From: an uncultured Acidobacteriaceae bacterium
GTDB taxonomy: Bacteria > Acidobacteriota > Terriglobia > Terriglobales > Acidobacteriaceae
Direction: 5' to 3'
DNA length: 64,000 bases
Assembly: GCA_963775365.1 (NCBI GenBank)
Contig: CAVZJL010000054.1
Coordinates: forward strand, 41,151-105,150
In this document: positions 32,366-40,919 of the stretch, piece by piece
Numbering within the stretch: position 1 is the first letter of the stretch
Layout of the letters: each line of letters opens with the position of its first letter
Program-made: the position numbers and the translations under genes
Notes under the pieces: generated by a model
What the model saw: only the letters and a program-made list of their open reading frames with translations
What the model was told of the DNA's origin: nothing
Databases searched by the model: none

Positions 32366-34812
32366 GGCACCAGTCGCAGAGTATGCGCGGTTGACGCGGT
32401 CACGGCCGCATCCGTGAAGGGCATGGGAAACGTTTTGCCGCTATACCAGGCCGGCCACTGGTCCAGGAAATTCGGGCTGAGTGGGTCGCCGGACTCACCC
32501 ATCACAATGTTCTCCGTCGATCCGTCCACATTGCTCCAGTCCACCGTGAGGCGTTGGCTTGCGCCCAATAGTCCGCGCACGTGGTTCAGTGTGGTCTCGT
32601 CTCCCCAAAGCTGGTGGGGCCCGGTGCTGGTCCAACTGCGGAAAAAGGGCAGCATCCCATAGAGTGGGTGCTGCACATCGATCACGTGCTGGCTGCCATA
32701 CGTCCATTTCTTAAGTGATACCGGGGCGTGATGGTCGATCATGCCTTGATGTACCGCTGCGGCGATCAGGTCATCCCAGCTCTTGTATTTGGCCGGCAGC
32801 CATTCCGGCGGCGCCTTCTCCACCATCTCTTCCTGCACAAAGTTTTTGCTTTGCCAATCGTAGAGCTGCCAGTCTGACCCCAGTTTAGGCTGCAAGACAA
32901 GTGGCCATAGCGCTTGCTTGGCTGCATCCACGATCTCCGCTGCCACTGAATCCTTAGTGATGACTCCATCCCAGGTGCGCATCAGGTCTGCAGCCTGCCG
33001 CAATTGCACGTCCGGAGCAGTAGCACGGTCAATGGAATATGCAAAGCGCTGTGCCAGCTCCCGGTCCACGTCGGAGTAGGTATCCATCTGCAACGCGAGC
33101 ATATCCGCAGGTGTGAGACGGGAGTGACTCGAGAGCCATTTCCAGATGCGCTCGTTGCGGTAGGGTGCGTCCCAGTTGAGTGCAAGCGGGTAAGGATATC
33201 CATCGGGGCTGACGCGTGAATTGGCGGTTGCGACAATGCCGTTGTCGGGATCCAGCACGCTCGGAAGTTCGTTGAAGGGAACGTAGCCTTGCCACTCGTG
33301 TTCGCTATCGGCTGCGGTTCCGGTCTCCACAATCGGGACCCCGCTCAGACCGGCCGGCCGCAATGGAAATAGCCCCACTGCCTGGTAGCCGATGTGGCCC
33401 TGGTCATCGGCATAAGCCATATTCTGCGTCGGCCCCCACCATTGGCTCACCGCCTGACGGAACTCTGTCCAATTGCTGGCGGCGTCTACAGCCTGCAGCG
33501 GTAAACCCCCGAGTGGCGTCGTGTACAGAGTCCATTTGAGCGAAAGCATGCGCGTCTCGTGAGGCAACAGGGGAGTGATCACCGGCCCGTGGTCAGTGGT
33601 CTCCACGTCGAGCAGCACATCCTGCCCGAAGCGCACATGGATGTGTTCCCGGTCATGCTCTGGCTGGCGCCATCCCCTGCCCGCCCAGTACTCGCCCTGA
33701 GCATTCGTCTTTTCCACGTACACATCCTGCACATCCCCGTTGAGCGTGGTGTAACCCCAGGAAATGTGTTCGTTGTGGCCCTCGATGATGAGGGGTATCC
33801 CCGGGGTCGTTACCCCAGCCACGTGGAAACTGCCCGCTTGCAGGTCTTCCTCATGCCAGATATCAGGAATGGAATGCTCCAGGTGCATGTCATTGGAGAG
33901 CATCGCCTTTCCGCTGGCCGTGTGGGCTCCGTTAACAGCCCATTCGTTGGAGCCCCGCCGGCAGCTATCGCAAGGGTCCGACCCCAGGTTGAGAATTTCC
34001 CGCAGGCGCAATAGGTCCTGCAGGCTTGATTGCGACTCGTCGAGGGGTACCTGGGGGATATTTTGCTGTGGAGCGGTCAAGTCGGGCATCGACTGCGTAG
34101 GCGGGTGGTCGCGCCAGGTCGTCGTAGGGTATAGCTCGGCGACCAGGTTGGGCGCCAACTTTGCCTCCACCTGGGCACGCTCCAGTTTCCAGGGGTAAAG
34201 GGTATCCAGCCGCGCCACCATGTTGAGGGCCACCAGCCAGGAATCCACCGGTTGCCAGGGCCGGGGCTTGTAGTCCAACAGCCGGAATTCGGCCGGCAGG
34301 TTGTCCTGATGGGCGCTGATGTAGGCGTTAACCCCCCGGGCAAACGCTTCAAAAAGGTGTTTCTGGTCTTCCGGCATGGTGGCGGTCAGGTGTTCCGCAG
34401 CGGGCCGGATCTGCAATACCCGTTGCAGCTTATCGTGCTCCACCACGCTGGAACCCAGGAGCTCAGCCAGTTCGCCGGCAGCGAAACGGCGGGCCATATC
34501 CATCTGCCAGAGGCGGTCTTGGGCCACCACGAATCCCTGCGCTTCGAGCAGGTCGTCCATGTTCGCCGCCTGGATATGGGGAACGCCATGCACGTCACGC
34601 CGCACCACAACCGGTGCGGAGAGGCCCGGCAGTTGCAGTTGACCGTCGAGCTGAGGCGCCTGCTCGCGCATGGCCTTCTTGAGCCACGAGATGCTGGCGA
34701 CGATCCCTAGTGACGCTACGATTAACAGGCTGATTACCAGGCCGGCGATTATTCTCGCCAGCAACGGCAACCTTCGCCGCCGAGCGGCGCCCACCTCGAC
34801 CTTGGCCATCAT
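32362..34812 (-). CDS. penicillin acylase family protein (Ntn hydrolase; possible acyl-homoserine-lactone/beta-lactam acylase)
   Basis: 816 aa; signal anchor, nucleophile context RRGSNEWAVNGAHTASG, size typical of the family. Confidence 0.85.
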   Translation of the reverse strand: MMAKVEVGAARRRRLPLLARIIAGLVISLLIVASLGIVASISWLKKAMREQAPQLDGQLQLPGLSAPVVVRRDVHGVPHIQAANMDDLLEAQGFVVAQDRLWQMDMARRFAAGELAELLGSSVVEHDKLQRVLQIRPAAEHLTATMPEDQKHLFEAFARGVNAYISAHQDNLPAEFRLLDYKPRPWQPVDSWLVALNMVARLDTLYPWKLERAQVEAKLAPNLVAELYPTTTWRDHPPTQSMPDLTAPQQNIPQVPLDESQSSLQDLLRLREILNLGSDPCDSCRRGSNEWAVNGAHTASGKAMLSNDMHLEHSIPDIWHEEDLQAGSFHVAGVTTPGIPLIIEGHNEHISWGYTTLNGDVQDVYVEKTNAQGEYWAGRGWRQPEHDREHIHVRFGQDVLLDVETTDHGPVITPLLPHETRMLSLKWTLYTTPLGGLPLQAVDAASNWTEFRQAVSQWWGPTQNMAYADDQGHIGYQAVGLFPLRPAGLSGVPIVETGTAADSEHEWQGYVPFNELPSVLDPDNGIVATANSRVSPDGYPYPLALNWDAPYRNERIWKWLSSHSRLTPADMLALQMDTYSDVDRELAQRFAYSIDRATAPDVQLRQAADLMRTWDGVITKDSVAAEIVDAAKQALWPLVLQPKLGSDWQLYDWQSKNFVQEEMVEKAPPEWLPAKYKSWDDLIAAAVHQGMIDHHAPVSLKKWTYGSQHVIDVQHPLYGMLPFFRSWTSTGPHQLWGDETTLNHVRGLLGASQRLTVDWSNVDGSTENIVMGESGDPLSPNFLDQWPAWYSGKTFPMPFTDAAVTASTAHTLRLVP

Positions 34813-35045
34813 CTTGCGCCCATTGTCTCACTGCTGGGCGGTTTTCTGCGGCGGTAGCTTGACAGGTTGGCGGTGGGCGGCAATCCTAGTCATTCGTCAA
34901 TACCCGGATTTCCTGACCTGGCCTGCGTTGGCGAAGTTCATGCGGCTTTCCTTAATGAAAGCCGCACACGCGGTCGTATCCAGCGCAGCGTACAGGAAAT
35001 CCGGGGCAAGCGCTTTGTCCGTTTCCGAGAGAGGAACATAACTGT

Positions 35046-36029
35046 TTGAAGGTTCGCGTTTTCTATCACGACCGGTGCTTTGATGGAGCATGTTCCGCTT
35101 CGCTCTTCATGCGTTTTCACCGCGAATGCATCCGCTCGGATGCGCACTACGACTATCACGGACTGGTGCATCGCGCGGGAGCACTCTTTGACGAGTCTGA
35201 TTTTACCGGCGACGAAAATGCTATCGTCGACTTCAAGTACAGCGCTTCACCGCGCATAACTTGGTGGTTTGATCATCACCTGAGTGCCTTTCTAACCCCT
35301 GCCGATCAACAGCATTTTCTTCGTGAGCAGCTGAGCGGCGACACCCGCCATTTCTACGACCCCAAATATACTTCCTGCACCAGCTTTATCGCCCACATCG
35401 CTCGAACCCGCTTCGGCTTTGACCCCGCGCCGGTTGCCGAATTGATCCGCTGGGCCGACATCGTGGATGGCGCTCTCTACGAGAGCCCGAAGGCCGCGGT
35501 CGAAATGGCGGAGCCGGCCATGAAACTTACCATGGTGATCGAATCGAGCCAAGATCCGGCTTTCATCCCGAAGCTGATTCCGTTGCTCACGACCATGAGT
35601 CTGAGCGAAGTTCTGGAGCAGGCCTTTGTCGCCAAACTTCTGCCGCCGCTGATCGAGAGGCATCACGAGTCGCTGAAAATGATTGGTGAGCGCACCGAGC
35701 TGGTCGATGGCACGCTTTACTTCGACATTACCGATCAGCCCTTTGAGGGCTACAACAAATTTGTTCCTTACTTCCTGCATCCCGACGCCACGTACAGCGT
35801 GGGCCTGAGCAAGTCCAGCTTTCGCACCAAGGTTGCCGTCGGATCGAATCCGTGGACCAAGGCAAAGCCCGAGCAGATGATTAACCTGGCACAAATCTGT
35901 GAGCGCTATGGGGGCGGAGGGCATGCCCGTGTGGGTGCAATTTCCTTCCCGCCCGACCAGGGTGACCGCGCCCGTGTCGCCGCCGCCGAAATCGTAAGCG
36001 AGCTTCGCGCCCACAATCCCTTTCCCTAG
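35046..36029 (+). CDS. DHH family phosphoesterase
   Basis: 327 aa (TTG start); WWFDHHLS and YGGGGHARVGA (DHHA1-like) motifs. Confidence 0.65.
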   Translation: MKVRVFYHDRCFDGACSASLFMRFHRECIRSDAHYDYHGLVHRAGALFDESDFTGDENAIVDFKYSASPRITWWFDHHLSAFLTPADQQHFLREQLSGDTRHFYDPKYTSCTSFIAHIARTRFGFDPAPVAELIRWADIVDGALYESPKAAVEMAEPAMKLTMVIESSQDPAFIPKLIPLLTTMSLSEVLEQAFVAKLLPPLIERHHESLKMIGERTELVDGTLYFDITDQPFEGYNKFVPYFLHPDATYSVGLSKSSFRTKVAVGSNPWTKAKPEQMINLAQICERYGGGGHARVGAISFPPDQGDRARVAAAEIVSELRAHNPFP

Positions 36030-36180
36030 CCCATGGGAGGCAAATCTGTGACGCGGATGAATGGAGGCCGTAGGCGTGGCACCCGTCTCATCCCGTCACG
36101 GATTTGGGATCCGGTGAGGGGGGCTGCATTGGCCGCGGTATCACCCGCACGATAGACTCCATGAGCAGGAGCACCTACGA

Positions 36181-36363
36181 ATGAAGCTTTATCGCACCGC
36201 CACCGGCTACGTAGTCGAGCAGCAGGATCGCTTCTATGCAGTTGAGGACACGTCCTGGGATCAACTGCTGATGCGCGACGATCTCGAAGCTCATCTGACC
36301 AAGACTCTGCCGCAGCAAAAGCCGATCGAAGCGGGCTCCTTTGCTGGGATCGATCTGCTGGCC
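36181..36363 (+). pseudogene. 5' fragment of an unidentified gene (possibly FAH family), cut off at the compositional junction
   Basis: MKLYRTATGYVVEQQDRFYAVEDTSWDQLLMRDDLEAHLTKTLPQQKPIEAGSFAGIDLLA reads like a real N-terminus; beyond ~36363 the ORF runs antisense through high-GC DNA. Confidence 0.35.
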
Positions 36364-37604
36364 GTTGCTGAACATCAGGTGCCGTGGCTGGTAGACGCGG
36401 AAGTGCCGGGCCATGTGGATGTAGTTCGTGCCCATGTCGGTGGTGACTGTGGCGTCGTCGTTCAGGTGCTCGCGAAGCTTCAGGACCAGCCAGGCGGGGT
36501 TCAGCCCGGCGGGGCCGTGCGCACCGCGCGCCGCCGCCTGGTCGATGGCGGCCAGCGCCTGCCGCTGGGCCTGGACCTCGGCGGCGAACTCGGCGGTCAG
36601 CACAAAATCCTTGAGCTGCGGCGAGCGCCCGGACGGTGGCGGCGACGTCGCCGCGCAGTTCCATGGCGGGCTGGTAGTGATTGTCGATCTGGTCCGGCAG
36701 CGAGTCGATGTGGATCACGGTCCGGGCGGGGTCGGCGTTCCACAGCCCGGGGTCGTATTCCACCGGGTCGTAGCCGATCGTGATCAGCACATCGGCTTGC
36801 CCGATCACGACGTCGCCGGGCTGGTTCTCGAACAGCCCGACCCGGCCGACGTAGCACGATTCCAGCTCTCGGGAGACGACTCCGGCCGCCTGGAAGGTCT
36901 CCGTCACCGGCAGCGAGGTGGCCTCAAGCAGGGCGCGCACCGCCTGGCAGGAGTCCACGTCGGCACCGCGCACGCCCACCAGGAGCACCGGCCGGGCCGC
37001 GGCCCGGATGATGGCACCAGCCCTTTCCACCTCGCTCGCTGGCGCCGGCCTCAGCCAGCCGACGGGCGCCGGGCGCTGATCCTGGCATCGGTGGCAGCGG
37101 CCATGACGTCGTTGGCCAGCACCAGGGCCGCCACGCCGCGAGGCTCCGTCATTGCGGCGCGGAACGCGTTGGCTACCGCTTCCGGGACCGTTTCGGGGTC
37201 GGTGACCTCTGCCGTGTACTTGGTGACCGCCGACAGCAGCGTCGCCACGTTCATTGACTGATGGGTGCGCTTCAGCCGGTCGGCGAGCGGCACCGCGCCG
37301 CAGAGCGCGACGACCGGGTCCCCTTCGGTGTTGGCCGTGACCAGGCCCGTTGTCAGGTTCGCCGTCCCTGCGCCAGGTAACCAGGACCACCCCGGGCGTG
37401 CCGGTCAGCCGGCCGATGGCCGCGGCCATGAACGCCGCGTTCTGCTCGTGCCGGCACACGATGACCTCGGGGCCGCCGTCAGCCAGCACGTCGAAGACCT
37501 CATCGACCTTGGCGCCCGGGATGCCGAAGATATAGCGGACGCCGTGCGCCGCGACGCCTTCGACGACCCGCTGCGCGCTACGCACCGGGAGTATCAGAAG
37601 TCAT
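36355..37604 (-). pseudogene. acetolactate synthase-like ThDP enzyme (AlsS-type), frameshifted and 3'-truncated at the junction
   Basis: ATG 37604 with AAGGAG 7 nt upstream; [26 protein letters not shown]; further pieces in other frames (37051..37293, 36175..36603) end with TTDMGTNYIHMARHFRVYQPRHLMFSNGQQ, after which the family sequence is lost. Confidence 0.75.
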
Positions 37605-37835
37605 AGCTTGGCTCCTTGCTGGTAGGCAGCCGATCCGGTCACTGAAGCCCCCGGGCGAACCGCGGTCAGACTCGCTCATGGAACCGGCCGGCATCACCCG
37701 CACCGGATGAATTCGCGAGCGCCCGGCCTGGTCGATAACCCGGGTCTTATCGATCGTTCGAAGACAAGTCTTCGACTCAGGAGTCACAGACAGTAACAAT
37801 TGCTGTCGGGACGCCTGATCGAAGGGGGACTCAAG

Positions 37836-39606
37836 ATGGGCAGCACCGTTAGCGAGACTGCGGCTTCGGGCGCGACCTCGGCGGGCGCACCGCTGACCGA
37901 CGGATATCACCTGCGTGGTCGAGGCGCTGAAGCTCAACGACGTCGACACCATCTACGGCGTGGTCGGCATCCCGATCACCGACCTGGCCCGGGTCGCCCA
38001 GACATCCGGTATCCGCTACATCGGCTTCCGGCACGAAAGCGAGCGCGGGCACGCGGCGGCGGCGGCCGGGTTCTTGACGCAAGAAGCCAGGCATCTGCCT
38101 GACGGTCTCGGCGCCGGGCTTCCTCAACGGCCTGGTGGCGCTGGCGAACGCGACCATCAATTGCTTCCCGATGGTGCAGATCTCCGGATCGAGCGAGCGG
38201 CACATCGTCGACCTCAAGCGCGGCGACTACGAGGAGCTCGACCAGATGGCGGCGGCGCGAACCGTTCGTCAAGGCCGCCTATCGGGTCGAACCGGGTCGA
38301 GGACATCGGCCGCGGCATGGCCCGGGCGATCCGCACCGCGGTGTCGGGGCGCCCGGGCGGCGTGTACCTCGACATCCCTGCCGCCGTGCTCGGCCAGGTC
38401 ATCGACGCGACAGCCGGCGCCGCGTCGCTGTGGCGGGTGATCGACCCGGCGCCACGCCAGCTCCCCGCGCCTGAGGCGGTGGACCGCGCGATCGAGCTTG
38501 CTCGCCGGCGCGCAGCGCCCGCTGGTGGTGCTGGGCAAGGGCGCCGCCTACGCCCAGGCGGACAAGCAGATCCGGGCGTTCATCGAGGCCACCGGCATGC
38601 CGTTCCTGCCGATGTCGATGGCCAAGGGACTGCTGCCCGACGACCACCCGCAGTCGGTGGCCGCCGCCCGGTCGCTGGCGTTGCGCGACGCCGATGTCGT
38701 CATGCTCGTCGGCGCCCGGCTGAACTGGCTGCTCGGCCATGGCGAGGCGCCGCAATGGAACCCCGACGCGAAGTTCATCCAGGTCGACATCGAACCCGAC
38801 CGAGTTGGACAGCAACCAGCCCATCGCGGCGCCGCTGGTGGGCGACATCGGCTCGGTGATGGACGCGCTGATCGAGCGCGACCAGCCCGGGCGAGATCAG
38901 CGCGCCGACGCGAGTGGCGCGACGAGCTCGCCGTCACGCTCGGCGCAGAACGCCGCCAAGATGCGCAGCGGCTGGCGGCCGATCCGCACCCGATGCGTTC
39001 TACAGCGCGCTGCGCGCCGATCCGCGACGTGCTGCGCGACATGCCCGGACGCCTATGTCGTCAACGAGGGCGCCAACGCGCTGGACATCGCCCGCAACGT
39101 GATCGACATGCAGGTGCCGCGGCACCGGCTGGACAGCGGCACCTGGGGCGTCATGGGCATCGGCATGGGCTATGCGATCGCCGCCGCCGTCGAGACCGGC
39201 GCGCCGGTGGTGGCGATCGAAGGCGACAGCGCATTCGGGTTCAGCGGCATGGAGATCGAGACGATCTGCCGCTACCAGCTGCCCGTCACGGTGGTCGATC
39301 TTCAACAACGGCGGCGTCTACCGTGGCGACGACGTCAACGACGCGTCCGCCGGATCCCGCGCCCACGGTGCTGGACCCGGCGCCCATCACGAGCGGCTGA
39401 TCGAGGCGTTCGGCGGTGCCGGCTATCACGTCACGACGCCCGCCGAGCTGAGCACGGCGCTGCAGAAGGCACTCGCTTCGCATGCCGGCGCTCATCGACT
39501 CGTGCTCGACCCCAGCGCTGGCACCGAGAGCGGCCACATCGCCAACCTCAACCCCAAGAGCGCGGCCACCGCACCGACCACGCCCGCCCAGCGGCCGGCC
39601 AGCTGA
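37836..39606 (+). pseudogene. oxc: oxalyl-CoA decarboxylase, about ten or more frame changes
   Basis: ATG 37836; LTDGYHL / VVEALKLNDVDTIYGVVGIPITDLARVAQTSGIRYIGFRHE / [38 protein letters not shown] / [55 protein letters not shown] / [18 protein letters not shown], spread over all three frames. Confidence 0.8.
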
Positions 39607-39711
39607 CGCCCGCAGCCCCCGGCCTGACCGGGGTCGCCCCGGGCGTGCCCGCCGTAGAGTAGCGAGGTGCCCGAGAGTTGTCCGAGTGTCCGAGAGTAAG
39701 GAGTAACCACA

Positions 39712-40179
39712 GTGGCTGCACGCCCGCCTGTACCCCCTTTCACCCGGGAGACGGCAATCGAGAAGGTCCGCCTCATCGAGGATGCCTGGAATCTCAGGGA
39801 CCCCGAACGGCTCGCCCTCGGTTACACGGAGGATTCTCGCTGGCGTAACCGGGCCGAATTCGCGACGGGACGTGCCGAGGTCGTTCAGCTCCTGAAACGC
39901 AAGTGGGTCGGGGAACTCGACTACCGGCTGATTAAGGAGCTGTGGACATTCGGCGGGAACCGCATCGCCGTTCGGTTCGCCTATGAGTGTCATGATGACT
40001 CGCTCAACTGGTTCCGTTCGTATGGCAACGAGAACTGGGAGTTCGACGACGACGGCCTGATGCGCACGAGGTACGCCAGCATCAACGACCTGCCGATCAA
40101 GGAATCCGAGCGTAAGTTCCACTGGCCCCTCGGCCGTCGCCCCGATGATCACCCGAGCCTGTCCGACCTCGGCTTCTGA
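39712..40179 (+). CDS. DUF1348 (NTF2-like) protein
   Basis: 155 aa, intact; [43 protein letters not shown] is the pattern I associate with DUF1348. Confidence 0.7.
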   Translation: MAARPPVPPFTRETAIEKVRLIEDAWNLRDPERLALGYTEDSRWRNRAEFATGRAEVVQLLKRKWVGELDYRLIKELWTFGGNRIAVRFAYECHDDSLNWFRSYGNENWEFDDDGLMRTRYASINDLPIKESERKFHWPLGRRPDDHPSLSDLGF

Positions 40180-40181
40180 AA

Positions 40182-40231
40182 GGCCGTGCCCGGCCATGCC
40201 CGGCCATGCCAGGCCGTGCCCGGCCTGCCGG
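40182..40231. repeat. 10-nt GC-rich tandem repeat (about 4.5 units)
   Basis: ggccgtgccc ggccatgccc ggccatgcca ggccgtgccc ggcctgccgg. Confidence 0.7.
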
Positions 40232-40297
40232 CCCCCACATGTGGCAGTCGACTCTCGACGACCACCAATGACTATCCGGTTTATTGTGAAGCATTTT

Positions 40298-40349
40298 CCC
40301 GTTGTGAAGGATTTTCCACGCTGCAACGTGGCAAATCTTACATAACCGG
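40298..40349. repeat. AT-rich extended palindrome, copy 1 (core 40303..40344)
   Basis: tgtgaaggattttccacgctgcaacgtggcaaatcttacata; 39/42 identical to 54220..54261. Confidence 0.75.
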
Positions 40350-40527
40350 GTAATTCTCCATGATAATCGCGGCCAGGCCCGGGCCTCTCGTGGCTCGGGA
40401 CTGCATTGTGGCACCAGGGCTGCCTGTGGTACCAGGCGATTCCAGCGGGGGGGCACCGGCCAGGGGTGGAGCGGTGAACGGAGGGGTAGCTCCTGCCAGG
40501 AGACCTAGGCGGAGGAGGAGACAAGCG

Positions 40528-40885
40528 GTGAGCGACCCCGTAAGTCCTGAAGCGACCGTGCGGAAGTTTTTCGACTGCTACACCAACGGCCGCCCGGAGG
40601 ATTTCGACGAGTGCGTTGCGGCCCGACTATGTCGATTACGGCCACGAGCCGCCGGGGATAGGCCCCGGTGGAGCGCGCGATGACTATGAGCAAGCGGTCA
40701 AGCTGGTCGGCGGGATCATCCGCTACACGATCGACGCGCTCGTCATCGACGGCGAGATGGTGGCGACCGCCTGGACCGGCACGCTGCCCAGCGGCGCCAG
40801 CGTTAAGGGGCTGAGCCTGTTCCGGGTCACCGGGGGCCTGCTGCGGTCAACGCAGCACCAGCTGATAGGCGACATACCCACGTGA
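40528..40885 (+). pseudogene. SnoaL-like/ester-cyclase-like small protein, one frameshift
   Basis: GTG 40528 preceded by GGAGGAGGAG; VSDPVSPEATVRKFFDCYTNGRPEDFDECVA then, after one extra base near 40620, PDYVDYGHEPPGIGPGGARDDYEQAVKLVGG...GLSLFRVTGGLL. Confidence 0.6.
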
Positions 40886-40919
40886 GTAACCAGGCCGGGT
40901 AAACGGCGGGCCGCGGACC

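Noticed and set aside
36300-36420. Interpreting the GC jump as the edge of a horizontally acquired genomic island
   Set aside because: The 27.6 kb of high-GC sequence is ordinary core-type metabolism. There is no integrase, tRNA, IS or direct repeats at the boundary, and genes on both sides are truncated. An artefactual join fits better.
36026-37585. 519-aa ORF on the minus strand, and the 200-aa plus-strand ORF 36181..36783, both crossing the junction
   Set aside because: Only the portion on one side of ~36,360 resembles a real protein in each case. The rest is read-through into foreign-composition DNA.
37758-37775. Palindrome tcgaagac-aa-gtcttcga and neighbouring short hairpins in the als/oxc divergent spacer as operator sites
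   Set aside because: They are short, unreplicated within the window and sit in a region with heavy indel noise. There is not enough evidence to call a regulatory site.
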